Below, piece by piece: positions 1 to 13,119 of a DNA stretch of 64,000 nt (positions are counted from its first letter, which is position 1; every line of letters begins with the position of its first letter). The stretch comes from Podarcis vaucheri (Eukaryota): assembly GCA_965113315.1 (NCBI GenBank), contig OZ220372.1; one strand, 5' to 3'. The position numbers and the translations under genes were made by a program. The notes under the pieces were generated by a model that saw only the letters and a list, made by a program, of their open reading frames with translations, made no database searches and was not told the DNA's origin.

Positions 1-242
1 GCAGTTCGAAAGCACGTCAAAGTGCAAGTAGATAAATAGGTACCGCTGCAGTGGGAAGGTAAACAGCGTTTCTGTGCGCTGCTCTGGTTCGCCAGAAGCA
101 GCTTATTCATGCTGGCCACATGATCCGGAAGCTGTCTGCAGACAAACACCGGCTCCCTTGGCCTATAGAACGAGAGGAGCGCGCAACCCGAGTCGTCCGC
201 GACTGGATCTAATGGTCAGGGGTACCTTTTCCTTTATCTTTA
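1..242 (+). mobile_element. Sauria SINE, 3' portion (5' end outside window)
   Basis: Characteristic body (gcagttcgaaagcacgtcaaagtgcaagtagataaataggtacc...gggaaggtaaac...gctggccacatga) and 3' tail ggtcaggggtaccttttcctttatcttta. Confidence 0.85.
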
Positions 243-1148
243 CTCCAAAATGCAAACCTAATATATAAACCTGATTAATCATGACAGATCTGTTAGACTG
301 ACAGAAAAATACAGACTGCAGAACAGCGGATGAGGTCCCCACAAATAGTGGTTGATATTTGTAACCAAAATACGTGACCACCAGAATCTTCTTCCTTCCC
401 TAATGGGGATATATCTGTCACAATGAGCTATAGAGTTGCTCTGAACAACTTCAGGCTTGGGAGGAGGCCTGTGGTTCCTCAAAGTCCATGTTTTGGAAGC
501 ACAGTGCAACTGGATGAGCCCCAACCCTCCTTCCAAGCTTGGAGCAGGGAATTGTACTTGCAATCAGGCTACATTTTGAACGTGTTCTGAGAACATAAGA
601 CGCACAGGAGAACTGCAGTCATGATCCCCTCTTCACCGTTCCAAGCTCAGAAACAGATTTTAGGGTTAACCATGTTTGTCAGATTCAGAGTAGTGGTGGT
701 GCAGGTTTCTGCATATAATCTATAATCTCTGAGGAGTTTGGCAATACTTTATATTAAGAGTAGTTAACTTTAGCTTCTTTTTGTAACTATAGTTGCAACA
801 CAGATCAAAGTCTAGAGCAATTTAGATATACCAGTCTTCATAATCTCCTTATAACAGCTTGTCTGTCATGCTGCTCCCCTCCAAATGCCTTGTGCCGCTA
901 CTGGAATGTGGGCTTCCACTGGCAATTCATCCCAAGGGCCACATAACTTTTTGAGGGGAATCTCCACTAGTCTACTAAACTACATTTTGTGGGTCACTCC
1001 AACTGATTTCTGGGGACAAATTAGCTTGCTCAGTGGTATTGAGCCATTGTTTAAGGTTCTCTCTGCTTCAGATGTGATATATATTTGGAAAATTTTACCG
1101 GACTTTTCATCATAAGAGACCAAATCTTTGTTGTGGTGGCTCTTGCAG

Positions 1149-1301
1149 GAGTTACTTCAGGAGGAAACTCGTCAGAAGCTGAGCCTCAGTACTAAGCTGA
1201 AACAGATGGAAGATGAGAAGAACAGCTTCAAAGAGCAACTAGAGGAAGAGGAGGAGGCAAAGAAGAACTTGGAAAAACAGATTTCTGTCCTTCAGCTTCA
1301 G
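1149..1301 (+). CDS. MYH9: Myosin-9 rod exon (human exon 30 equivalent), [10 protein letters not shown]...LQLQ
   Basis: AG/GT boundaries, 153 nt, phase 0-0, coiled-coil sequence matching MYH9. Confidence 0.95.
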
Positions 1302-1764
1302 GTACTCTAGAAGACTTGAGGAAAGAATGTCCAAATGTAGCTTACAAGGCAGTAGTATGCCTTTTGAATGGCATGCTGGATTCTGCATGGGAAATATGAA
1401 TTTGGTAGCCAAAACAAGCTCTTTTGAAAGTTGTTTTGTCTAATTAAATAGGAACTGTCTTTCTGATGTCTGATAGAGCTGTCCTAGAAACAGTCCAACC
1501 CTGGGAAATATTCCTGGAATTCAGTGGTCATATCCCACTGTTGCATCTTAGTCAGCAAGTGATGACGCTTTTGTTTTGGCAAGTCTCACCATGGAACACT
1601 CTCCCTAAAGATAGTTCATACCTTCACAAAAAATTATAGTTTTCTTTTTAGTGACTCACTGTTACTTGTAAGTTGCAAAATGGTGTTCAATCCCCACATC
1701 TTTTCTTTGCTTCCTTAAAAAATTAATTATTCCTTTTCCCCACCCGCTTGCTTCTGTCACATAG

Positions 1765-2013
1765 GTTGCAGAAATGAAGAAGAAAATGGATGATAGTGTG
1801 GTTTGTCTGGAGTCAGTGGAAGAAGCAAAGAAGAAGCTTCTGAAAGATTTGGAGGCCATGACCCAACGTTATGAGGAAAAGGCAGCTGCCTATGACAAGC
1901 TGGAAAAGACAAAGACCAGGCTTCAGCAGGAGCTGGATGATATTTCTGTGGATTTGGATCATCAGCGGCAGATAGTCTCCAACCTGGAGAAAAAACAAAA
2001 GAAGTTTGATCAG
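1765..2013 (+). CDS. MYH9: Myosin-9 rod exon (exon 31 equivalent), [10 protein letters not shown]...KKFDQ
   Basis: AG/GT, 249 nt; [12 protein letters not shown] and KKQKKFDQ motifs. Confidence 0.95.
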
Positions 2014-2420
2014 GTACACTTAGTTATAACTTTCAACAATGTCCTTCTCCTTCACCTAGGATAGATTATGGTGAAAAGGAGAAAGAAAAGTGTCATATTT
2101 TAGATGCACATTTTTTGTCCCATAGATGAAGGGCAATTGTGAACAGTTGTAAGCAAATATCAACTCTCCTCACTCTAGTTCCTGAATTTGACTTTTAACT
2201 GGTAATAGTCCCAAATAATATCTGTCTGTTTTAGCTGGTTTTTAAGTGGAAGCCAACAAGTGCATTTGGCTTTAATCCTGGCACATATCTAGAATTGGTG
2301 GCTAAGTTTGGTACACAGGTGACCTATCCTTGGTAGTCAAACCATTACAGATGGAACAAGTGGGGATAGCAAACCTTTCCTTTGGAAATCTCACAGTGCC
2401 ATTGATTTCCCTTTTTCTAG

Positions 2421-2639
<219 letters not shown>

Positions 2640-3556
2640 TGATGGCATTCCTGTACAGCAGGCTGGGGTAATAAGGATGTTGGCTAAGACATGTCCTAGG
2701 CAAGAAGAGTGCTTGCTAAAAGTGGCTTATTTTTCACTTGCAATAAGACATGAAAGGTAATGAGTTGGGTGCTAACAGTATGCAATCTTTTGTAATGCCT
2801 AGGAAAGCAACAATGTCACCATTGACTTTGCAGTTCATTATGCACAAAGTGCCGAATTATTACCCAGTATGAAGGCACATAAACTAATAAAGCCTTTTTG
2901 CACAGGGAGTTCATACAGGCTTTGAAAAGCTTTAGTATCTTGCATTTCTAAGTTACTCAAGGCATCTTCATTTTTAAAAGGATAAAGTTGTCAGATTTCA
3001 ATGGAACTGTGCCAGTATTTTGTGCAATATTGCCTAGCTGTTTTATCATAAACCCCTTCGGTCTACTCACCAAAGGGTATTAGGAAGCAAAGCTTGGATA
3101 TGTGCATATTCAAGTGAGCAGAGATAAAGAGGCAGAATTCTGTGCAGTTAAGAGTCTAATAAGAACCCTTAGCAAAAGGGACTTGGTCAGCTAAGAATTG
3201 GGATTGTCAAAGATGGGTGGAAAGTTGGCAATAAATGACTGTTTGCCTTTATCCCCCACATTCTGGTCATTTCTAAAATGATTCACTACCATTTTTAAAT
3301 ACTTAAATACTTCTATTGATTTATTTAATAAATTGTTTTTAAAACAAAAGATAAAGAGGTGGAGACAGAAGGGGAAAGGACCAAACGAGAGACATATTAG
3401 GATATAACAGTAACTATGCCTTTAAGCGCACAAAAATATTGTAGGTCACTAGACATGTCAATTTTTGTTCATTTTCTTAAAACCTATAAATATACCAGGC
3501 AGCAAAAGCAGGGCTGTGTCAGTCTGGGAGAAACTGATTTTGTGTGTGTGCTGTAG

Positions 3557-3769
3557 GTCCATGAGTTGGAGAAGTCCAAACGAGCTCTGGAGCAGCAGGT
3601 GGAGGAGATGAAGACTCAGCTGGAAGAGCTGGAGGATGAGCTACAGGCCACAGAAGATGCCAAGCTGCGCCTGGAAGTGAACCAGCAAGCCATGAAGGCA
3701 CAGTTTGATCGGGATCTCCAGGCCCGTGATGAACAGAATGAAGAAAAGAGAAAGCAGCTTACAAGACAG
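3557..3769 (+). CDS. MYH9: Myosin-9 rod exon (exon 33 equivalent), VHELEK...LTRQ
   Basis: AG/GT, 213 nt; [19 protein letters not shown]. Confidence 0.95.
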
Positions 3770-3886
3770 GTAACATTCCAGAAAGCACAGCAGGCTTACA
3801 ACCCCTTCCTGCTTCATTTGCTTCAGGGAGGAGGGAAGAGGCCTGTGTTCGTGGCTAAACTGCCAGTGCTTTGACCCCACTTTCAG

Positions 3887-4048
3887 GTGCGAGAGATGGA
3901 AGCGGAGCTGGAAGATGAACGGAAGCAGCGCTCCATTGCTGTGGCTGCCAGAAAGAAACTGGAAATGGATCTAAAAGATCTGGAGGCCCACATAGACTCT
4001 GCCAACAAGAGTCGTGAGGAAGCCATCAAACAACTCAGGAAGTTGCAG
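3887..4048 (+). CDS. MYH9: Myosin-9 rod exon (exon 34 equivalent), [14 protein letters not shown]...LRKLQ
   Basis: AG/GT, 162 nt. Confidence 0.95.
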
Positions 4049-4282
4049 GTGAGGGTCTACATTCCATTGTTACTGACTGGCTTCTCCTTACAGTGAGATG
4101 AGAGGGGAAAGTGAATCATTTACTGTGGCAACAGAACAGATTTATCACTTAGTTGCCAGTTGCTGCTTTTTTGATCAAGAAGACTTATGAAGATAGTTGC
4201 TTACATCTTCAACTGGGATTTTATCATTTCTTACAAAATAAGTTTTCTTTTGGGTATATCATTGGTAGACAGGGTGCTTTGT

Positions 4283-4410
4283 GTCCCAGGTTCAATCCCT
4301 GACACATCTAGCTAAAAAGAATCTCGGGTAGCCAGGCCAGGAAAGAATATTTGCCTAAGACCTAGAGAGCCACAGCGAGTTGGAATAGACTTTACTTGGC
4401 CAAGTGGGCT
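4283..4410 (+). mobile_element. Degenerate squamate tRNA-derived SINE fragment (Squam3-like)
   Basis: gtcccaggttcaatccctg (B-box-like), then ggaaaga...gcctaagacctagagagcc. Confidence 0.5.
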
Positions 4411-4433
4411 GATTTGGTATGTTTGGTTTTTAG

Positions 4434-4568
<135 letters not shown>

Positions 4569-5202
4569 TAAATCCAGAAAATGCTAATACACAACTGAGT
4601 TTCTGCCCAAAGCAGGCCTTTCAGTATGGGAGGGAAGAGGTTGCCTTCAGGGAAAAGGGAGTGGGTGAGCCCCTGGAAATTAATACCTTCACTGAATATC
4701 CAAACCCTTCCACGATTATTGTTTTGGTTAATGTGGATCAGATCAGCTGCTGGATTCGCAGCTAGGGGTGTATTTCAGGTATTTCCTTCACGCACTTAAC
4801 AGACTACTTTTTCCTGGTTTCGGGCCATTTTAATAGTCTCCTTCCCCCTCCTCCCAATTTCCAGTTCATTCTCTCTAGCATAATTTCAGCATCGTGTGAT
4901 ACATTGACTTGAATATACCTATTTAAACAATATCAACCCTCATTTGATGCACTTTGTAGCATCACAAACTACCTTGATAGTTGACGAGCCATTTATTATG
5001 ACACTCAAGAGTGCTGTGCCCCAGATTCACAATGTCACTATGACTCTGAGTGAGGCGAAGCTTCCTGTTCTTGATGAGCATTCTTCTGGCTCGTAGGTTA
5101 TAACTGGCTTCCAGATACTCCTCATGTGCTTCATGTAATATAACATCTCCTATTTGGCAATAAGTTGTTTTTGACCCTTAGTCCATGTACATCTTGTTCT
5201 GA

Positions 5203-5298
<96 letters not shown>

Positions 5299-5445
5299 TG
5301 AGTAATGGCACTTTTTCCCTTCAGGGACAAGGAATGTTGTGGGAGTTGGCTCATGGAAAGGGTGCCCTGTAATGTCTTATTATCTTAAGTGGTGTGCTGA
5401 GAATGGCTTACAAATGTTGAATATTTCTATGGTCATTACTACTGA

Positions 5446-5634
<189 letters not shown>

Positions 5635-6380
5635 TAATGGCACTGTGAGGTGGAGGGCTTCAGCTGGTGGATTCCCAGCCATAATTCATCCAAATTACTG
5701 TGTATCACTTTCCTTTGTGCTGCAGCATGCTATCAGAGCTTTGATGCTTTCGGAGCATTATTCCCACTTTGGGGGCGAAAGATACTGGGTTCAAATCCCA
5801 GACAAACCTCTTTGATGAGAGCACGTGCTTTACATTTATGTAGTCCTATATTTAATATCTGGTAAGGACCTTGAATATCAGTTTAGACTAACCCCAATCC
5901 TGTGGTCTTGGAAAGTCAGTGAGAGTCAGGACAGATAGTACCAGGTTTGATAAGCCAATAGGATGGTGAGTGAAGAAGCACATAGAGAAGCACAGTATAT
6001 TGAATCATAGTGTGATGCTATTCCTTTCAACTCAGCTGATGCTTTACATTGACAGGTTGGGGAATTTGTTTCAGCTAGTGGGTTGGATCTCTCCCCCCCC
6101 CGCCCCCACTTGCAGACACACCTTGACAAGTGGGCAGGCCCACACCACTGCCGATCACCTGACAACATTATGCCATCATGTGGCAACTTGGAAGGGATTC
6201 TCCTTTTAAGCCCATTGCAAGCCATTGCAAACCACCTGCAAAAAGTGATGGCAGCCACACCTTTATCAGCCTTTGTTGTTTATTTTAAAGTTATTGTGAC
6301 TTTTTAATATTGTATCAGATTGTTACTATTAAGGTTTGATTTTTATTATTTTTATGTGTGTTAGAAGCTGCCCAGACGTT

Positions 6381-6381
<1 letters not shown>

Positions 6382-6412
<31 letters not shown>

Positions 6413-6427
6413 TATTATTATTATTAT
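6382..6427. repeat. (ATT)n microsatellite
   Basis: Seen directly. Confidence 0.95.
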
Positions 6428-6841
6428 ATGTCATATGTTATGTCAGAGGTGTCATGTGAGCATGGATGTCATGCCTAATTAGGTCCATGAGCCAGTTTCC
6501 CCACTCCTGACCAAGAAATTTGCTGCCTATTCCTATTATACCAGAAGGTGAGCATTGACTACTTGGTGTAGACTGCTTACAAGAATGAAATATGCCTGCT
6601 TGTTAAAAGGAAAGGTAGATTAATGAATGTAATATTATTTCTAAAAACTAGACATTGTGAAGTTATTAAGGTTGAGAACAAGCCTTGTCTACAGAATTAC
6701 ATTTTGAATGCCAAAATTATAGAGCAAAGGAAACAAATAGAAGATGGAAAGCGAGGCAGAGATTAGATATGAAAACTTCAGGAGGAGACTGTATTCAGAA
6801 ACTAGCCATGACTTTAACCAATTTCTTATTATCTTCCCCAG

Positions 6842-7050
6842 ATTGACCAGATAAACACAGACCTGAATGCAGAGCGTAGTAATGCCCAGAAGAATGAAAA
6901 TGCTCGCCAGCAGTTTGAGCGTCAGAACAAGGAACTTAAGGCCAAGCTTCAGGAAATGGAGAGTGCTGTGAAGTCAAAATACAAGTCTTCTATTACTGCG
7001 CTGGAAGCAAAGATAGCACAACTGGAAGAACAGCTGGATGCTGAGACAAA
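6842..7050 (+). CDS. MYH9: Myosin-9 rod exon (exon 38 equivalent), [13 protein letters not shown]...DAETK
   Basis: AG/GT, 209 nt, phase 0-2. Confidence 0.93.
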
Positions 7051-7144
7051 GTAGGTGCTTGTGATCTGTCATACATTCATCCTGCACCTTGATGTATGGG
7101 TGCAGTCATAAAAAAAAAATCTGTGAAATATTGTCACTAACTTG

Positions 7145-7291
7145 CAGTGGCGTAGCGTGGGTTGTCAGCACCCGGGGCAAGGCAAGTAATTTGTGCCCCC
7201 TAACCCGTGGATTTGCGCCCCCTAACCCTAACCCCCAGGTGTTGCACCCGGTGCGGCCGGGCCCCCCTGCACCCCCCATGCTACGCCACTG
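7145..7291. mobile_element. Non-autonomous hAT-type MITE, 147 bp
   Basis: TIRs CAGTGGCGTAGCGTGGG / CCCATGCTACGCCACTG; perfect 8-bp TSD CTAACTTG (7137-7144, 7292-7299). Confidence 0.9.
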
Positions 7292-7970
7292 CTAACTTGG
7301 GTGAAGAAATCTGAACTGAAGTATTTCTTGACCTCTGTTTCTTTATAAGGCCAGGCTACATGCAGTTCTTAGCAAGTACTTTCAAGGATCACACATGCAT
7401 TATCAATGGTGCCTGTGATTGCTCAATCTTCTCTAGAGTGCCTAGTAAATCTTGCACACTTAAATCCTTCTCTAGAGGCATCATAACCTTCTGAGTAAAA
7501 GGTAAAACAGCCAAACGGCCACTGAAGTGCATCCTCAGCTACAATGCATCTTCTGCCTCTACAGTTACTGCTTGTGGAAGGTTGTGTCATACGAATTCAT
7601 TTTAACCTGAAATGCGATTGGCACAAATTAGTCCCATGTAACCCAACAGCTCTCCTGACTTTGACAGGCACTTGGCTCAGACTGCAGACCGTGTCCATAG
7701 GATACCTGCTTAGTGACCCATTTTCTGTTTAACTTAGTCCTGGCTCCTGGTGCTCTCAAAATACTCCATCTTGGCCTTGAAAGCTTTGGTGCCAGCAGCA
7801 CAGTACATTGGCATTATTCTTTCGTCATAGGAAATTGCAAGTGGCTCACTCTTACCACTTTCCTTCTGCAAGTTATCTCCTTTGCATGGGAACTAGGAAT
7901 GTCTCCAAACATGGAAGCTTGGGCTACTTCTGAATTCTTCCATCAATCTGATGTGGTACTTTCCTTACAG

Positions 7971-8079
7971 GGAGCGCCAGGCTGCCAGCAAGCAGGTGCG
8001 ACGTACTGAGAAGAGGCTGAAGGATGTTGTCCTGCAAGTGGAGGATGAGAGGCGTAATGCTGAGCAGTACAAGGATCAG
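7971..8079 (+). CDS. MYH9: Myosin-9 rod exon (exon 39 equivalent), [18 protein letters not shown]...YKDQ
   Basis: AG/GT, 109 nt, phase 2-0. Confidence 0.93.
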
Positions 8080-8592
8080 GTATGTGCCGTGTTGAGGATT
8101 GGCATTTGGTAATGTTAGCTGTGTGGCAGGAAGCTGCTACCCTGCAATCCCATCAACACTGTTGGAGCTTGTTAGCAAGCTTTTAGGGTGCTGGCAGTGT
8201 CTTCTGTTCTCCACCCTTTTTGCTGGAGGCTGCAAGAGTCTCTACATCAATAAAATTTCCACCCATCTAGCAATGAATGTCACACGTCATGTCTGGTAAT
8301 GGACATTTCAGTGCCAGCCTAGAGAATTTCCAGCTTCAAGATTGCTTAACTCCCAAATGTTGGCTCAGACTGCTTCTCTTAGAAAGGAAGAAAACTCTGA
8401 TCATAGGTTGCATAGCTGCAGAATGGCACAAACTTCACAAGGCTAAAATCCAGATTCTGGAAACTAGGTTTTAAGGAGCTAGGGCTGCTAGGTACTGTAA
8501 TCCATGTAGTTCAGATTAAAAATTCCAAGTTGGTTTCCATGTTCAGGAGTGAATGAAGAAGTATTGAGAGAGCTCCTTTTTCTGCTTTGCAG

Positions 8593-8765
8593 GCAGACAA
8601 GGTGAATGTCCGTTTGAAGCAACTTAAACGCCAGCTGGAGGAGGCAGAAGAAGAGGCACAGCGAGCCAATGCAGCTCGTAGAAAGCTGCAGCGGGAACTA
8701 GAAGATGTCACTGAAACGGCTGATGCCATGAACCGTGAGGTCAGCTCGCTGAAGAGCAAACTCAG
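8593..8765 (+). CDS. MYH9: Myosin-9 exon 40 equivalent, [14 protein letters not shown]...[11 protein letters not shown]
   Basis: AG/GT, 173 nt; end of the coiled coil, including the PKC-site motif REVSSLK. Confidence 0.95.
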
Positions 8766-8870
8766 GTAAGATGCCCTCTTGCCATATTTCCTGAATGCAT
8801 GAATGTACACATTACTCAAAGATGAAATGCCAATTTCCACACTGCATGACACTTTTACTCTCTTCAACAG

Positions 8871-8988
8871 GCGGGGAGACATGCCATTTGTAGTGACACG
8901 CCGGATCGGCAGGAAGGGTGCAGGTGAAGTATCTGATGAGGAAGTGGATGGCAAGGCTGATGCTGGAGATGCCAAAGCTACTGAATAG
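8871..8988 (+). CDS. MYH9: Myosin-9 last coding exon: non-helical tailpiece [38 protein letters not shown]
   Basis: The tail closely matches MYH9 (human [31 protein letters not shown]), which distinguishes it from MYH10/11/14; TAG at 8986-8988. Confidence 0.95.
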
Positions 8989-10170
8989 AGCTGCCTTGTG
9001 GATCCGGGTCACACATGATGAAGTGACCCACCCTCCCTTTGTCCAGTGGACTTCTGCAAACCCTTCTAAAACCTGCCGGGGGAAGTGGAGCACATCTATT
9101 GAAACGTTCCCTTGAATATCTGGAGCCATGACATTAGTGTTGTCCTTCCCAGCTTCCAAGCTCTTTTGTATTGAATGCCAAAGAGTCTGCAGCCCAATCA
9201 GAGTCTGGGAGCTACAGAGGCCTGTAGCATTCATTGTCCTTGCCATGGCTGCTGGGGAATTTACATAGTTTGAGGGGTGGGGGTGGGGTGACTCCTTTTC
9301 GTTGCTGTAAATCAACTATTTTCTTCCAATAACGAGTTTGTGATAGATGCAGGGAATTTGTCCCGTCCCCTTCCTTTTGTTTGCTTTTGGCAATCATGTT
9401 CAGTGACCTCACATTTCCAACCTCCTCGGTCTACTCACCTAGCCAGTTTGGGAGTCATGTTGAACAGGAAAAACATGTGTTCCCAACATGACTCCTAAAT
9501 GTTTTCAAAGACCATACAGTCTAGGAAGTTTTTCCTAGAAGAGAGTTTTAAGTTGGCCCTCTTTTTGCTAATGTCTGGACAGATCTGAAGTGCAATGGTG
9601 TCCGTGTTGCGTTGTGTCTCAGAGGTGTGTTAGTGGCAGACCAAGGAAGCAGCAAAGTTTTTTCCTGTGTGCTTGCTGGAGAATCTATTCGGGACCAAAT
9701 ATATTTAATGGTAACAGACAGTATCTAGTGGGTTTTGAATGGAGTGTGAACAAAGTCCTTTATTGTGATGTCCAAGCATCCAGCTCTGTAATCGGGGATG
9801 GGTTTAGTTATTCTGCACAGTGACTAAGAGTATATTAAAGAAAAAAGAAAAAAGCATTTTAATCTGCACAGATTATACATTGAAGGCCTTTGTATCTCTC
9901 GTTTATAAGTAATTAAGAAAAATAAAGGTCTTTATCACTGCCTTTCTATGGGGATTGCGGTTATATAGATAATCTTTACTTTTCTACACTGTACACTGGT
10001 TGCTGGATTTACCTGTATACTTAACCATATTGTATATGCTGCATTTAGACTTATGAGCAAATGACAAATTAAAATAAGATTACCCTATACTGTATGGTTA
10101 GTGCTCTCCACTGTGAGAGCCTCCAGTCCTGGTTGCTGTCACAAATAAATCTGCAAACTTTTTTATACAA
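8989..10170 (+). other. MYH9: MYH9 3' UTR with tandem polyadenylation signals
   Basis: Follows the stop codon; AATAAA at 9921-9926 and 10144-10149, ATTAAA at 10068-10073; TGTA-rich. The exact 3' end cannot be determined. Confidence 0.7.
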
Positions 10171-10596
10171 TAAGTGCCTTAGCATGTGCCTCTGCGGTGA
10201 CTCCACTACAGTCAGTAATGGATTGCCGGTGCTCCTCTAACAATAAAGATTGTCCATGTGCTGCAGTCTTCTGTGTATGCTTATGTACCATGTGCCTGAA
10301 TGCTGTGGGGCTGCCCTGTTGAATGTCTAGCACTAGAGAACCTAGCACAAAAAGTAGGGGATATATATTGTTAATAAGAAACTTTTTGCAGTGCCAAATT
10401 ACTGTTTTGAAACCATCTGTCATCAGCAGAGATCTGTCTATTGGGTATGGAGCTATGTTGGAGAGCAGGGAATGAGTGAACTTGATGAAATAACTGCAGG
10501 GTTATACTAGCTATCTTCAGACTTTTCTTTTCATGAAGGTACAAAAATCCCAAATCTCCTGCATGACTCAGTAATTTTTATACCCTACCTGTAGAA

Positions 10597-10923
10597 CAGG
10601 GGTCGGCAACCTAAGGCCCATAGACCAGAAGCAGCCCACGAAGGCCGTTTAACTGGCCCATAAGCTGCCCCCGAACTGAGCCGCCTGATCGGCGAGTCCC
10701 CGCGTGCTGCACTAAACCAGCATGATGCGGGGACTCTCTTCCACAGCCCCGGAAATCGCTTCTGCGCATGACCAGACGCCAGAAATCACTTTTGCACAGG
10801 TGCGATTTTGGGCATCTGGGCATGCGCAGAAGCAATTTCTGGTGCCACCCTGTGCTGGCCCGGCCCACGGAGGATCTCCACAGAGTGATCCAGCCCATGC
10901 CCGGAATGCCTTGCCAACCCCTG
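10597..10923. mobile_element. Non-autonomous hAT (Charlie-like) element, 327 bp
   Basis: TIRs CAGGGGTCGGCAA / TTGCCAACCCCTG; perfect 8-bp TSD CTGTAGAA (10589-10596, 10924-10931). Confidence 0.9.
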
Positions 10924-13119
10924 CTGTAGAAGGCTAGCTTGTCAGTCCACTGTGCCTGTTTTCTTTGTGTAGGGAGTTTATATGAAAGCATTTAATTATA
11001 CAGCAACCTATCTGCATTTTACAGTGGTACAATTCCAGTAAGACAGTAAGTATCATGTAATTAATGTGAATATGTAGCTCTGCTGTAAGAGATGAATGTC
11101 AAGCTTTCAGTAAAAATGTGCTGTTCTTCAAACTTCCCCAGCAGATGGCTAAAGGGGAAATTGAAATTCCAGTGATGTAGCTTCATAGATCAACTTGCAG
11201 CCTGATAGTTCGGTAAAACTGATTCTGTTCGTTGTCAGTTGCATTCAATAGCTTCAGTACCCTTCATCCAACACTAGGTGTTGGGTTAAGTTTCATTTTA
11301 AAGTACCAACTGGATCATTTTATAGACGATATACTACGAGTATTGGATGGCTTGTTCAACTGATACTCTAAAAAGGGGCCTACAATATAATAATCTACTT
11401 TTAACTGGGCAGCTTTTCTGAGTAGCCTACATTGAGTCATTAAGTGGCAGGAAGACCAATGAAGAATCAGAGCTTTGATACCTACTTTAATGTGGTTAGT
11501 ATGATTATATGAGCCTAGCTGAGGATGAATCTGAGGCAGTATTCAAGCAAAAGCAGTTAACCTTGAAGGGAATGTGCTGCTTACTGCTTAAGTTCCTGTA
11601 AAAATCTTGAGGCAGGGGAATAGAAGGTATGCTGAAAATGTAAGCACTTGTGTGGCTACAGCTATTATGTGAAAGGGAGCTTAGCAACAACTTCAGAACT
11701 GGTGCTGATGAAAATTCACACACTTTTTCTGGAAATGAGCTGGGACTGCACATGCCTCAAACCAACCTATGCTCCCCCTCCCTCATTCCCCTGCAGAAGC
11801 TGCAGTGTTCTGTGGGTAAATGCAGGGAAATCCTTGCAGCATACATAACTCACCCATTTCTCCTCAATCCAATTCTCAAAAATAAATACAAAGTGATTAA
11901 TTAAAAAATAGAAAGACTCATACTGTGTCCACTGTTGCTAGCTTGCTCCCCAGCAAGGTCACAAAACAAATGCTAAGCAGAACAAAAAAAGCTCCTAAAA
12001 ATAGGAAACTTCATTTCTTCCCCACTTAACAGAACATGCTAAAAGCTTATGAGGTCTGGCTTTCAAGAGAGTAGTTCTGAGCATGCTCAGAGCAGATGTA
12101 TAATTCTGATAACTACTCCATGTTGTGGGGCTGTCTTCCAAGGCTTTCAAGCAGTTTTCCCAAAACTCATATAGTGGCTGCCTCTTAGCCCTCATAACAG
12201 AGGGAGTAGGAGCCTGCCCAGCTGGGACTGAAAAGCCAGCAGTCCTAATATTCAACCATTAACCGCATGGTTTTCCTGACCAGAGACTCATGGGAAGAAC
12301 AATACAGTGATGGGCAGCCTGTGTCTCTTTAGATGCAGCACCCATTATCTCTGACCATCAGCTGTGCTGGCTTGGTGTGATGGAAGTTATAGGCCAGAAA
12401 TTCACCCTGGGGACCAGTCCACTGTTCTTCCCATTCCCCTTCCTAGAAAAGGTAAGACCAAGGGTATCTGGTTTCTAACTTGATATGTCACAGACAAATG
12501 AATGGGGTTCCAATATTCTTGCTCATCACTGTTTCCTCAACTCTTAAGCCATTCAGTGATTAATCTGCAGAAAGTGCTATAGAAAGTACTGTAGGCATTC
12601 CCTTCAAACAAAATAGTCTCACTGTGGCAGGCTTCATTGAAGATGGGGAATAGTGCTGGAGTTTTGCTATCCTTGGTCAGAAAGTAGTCAATTTCACTTC
12701 CACTGGTGCTGCTGCTGAAGCAACAGAACTGTTTTCAACTTGTAATGTGTCCTAATTGTAGGCAATTCCTGTCAGACATCAAATGTGCCAATGAATCCAC
12801 CTCTCTAGAGTTTACATGGGGGAGCGGGGAACTGCTTCCATTAACACACACACACACACACCTCTTTCTGCTCAAAAGCAAGGTCTCTAGCTGCTTTTCT
12901 ACCCATAGGATCTTTATCTTCACAGCCTCACAGCCAGTTTTCTAAGTGGAAAAAAGAAAGGGAAAGGTTTGCACAGATCCTCTGCTCCCAATTGCACTCT
13001 TCTGTTTGGATCTCTTTTGGCCACTCTGGCTTCCATGCCTGGGCTTCCCTCCTCCTCTGTCACTTTGTCATGGGATATTTCATCCTCAGAGGATGACTGT
13101 TGGCCCGGACAGGATGGAG

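Noticed and set aside
8511-9315. Minus-strand ORFs of 154 and 167 aa
   Set aside because: Antisense shadows of MYH9 coiled-coil exons and UTR, with no independent signals.
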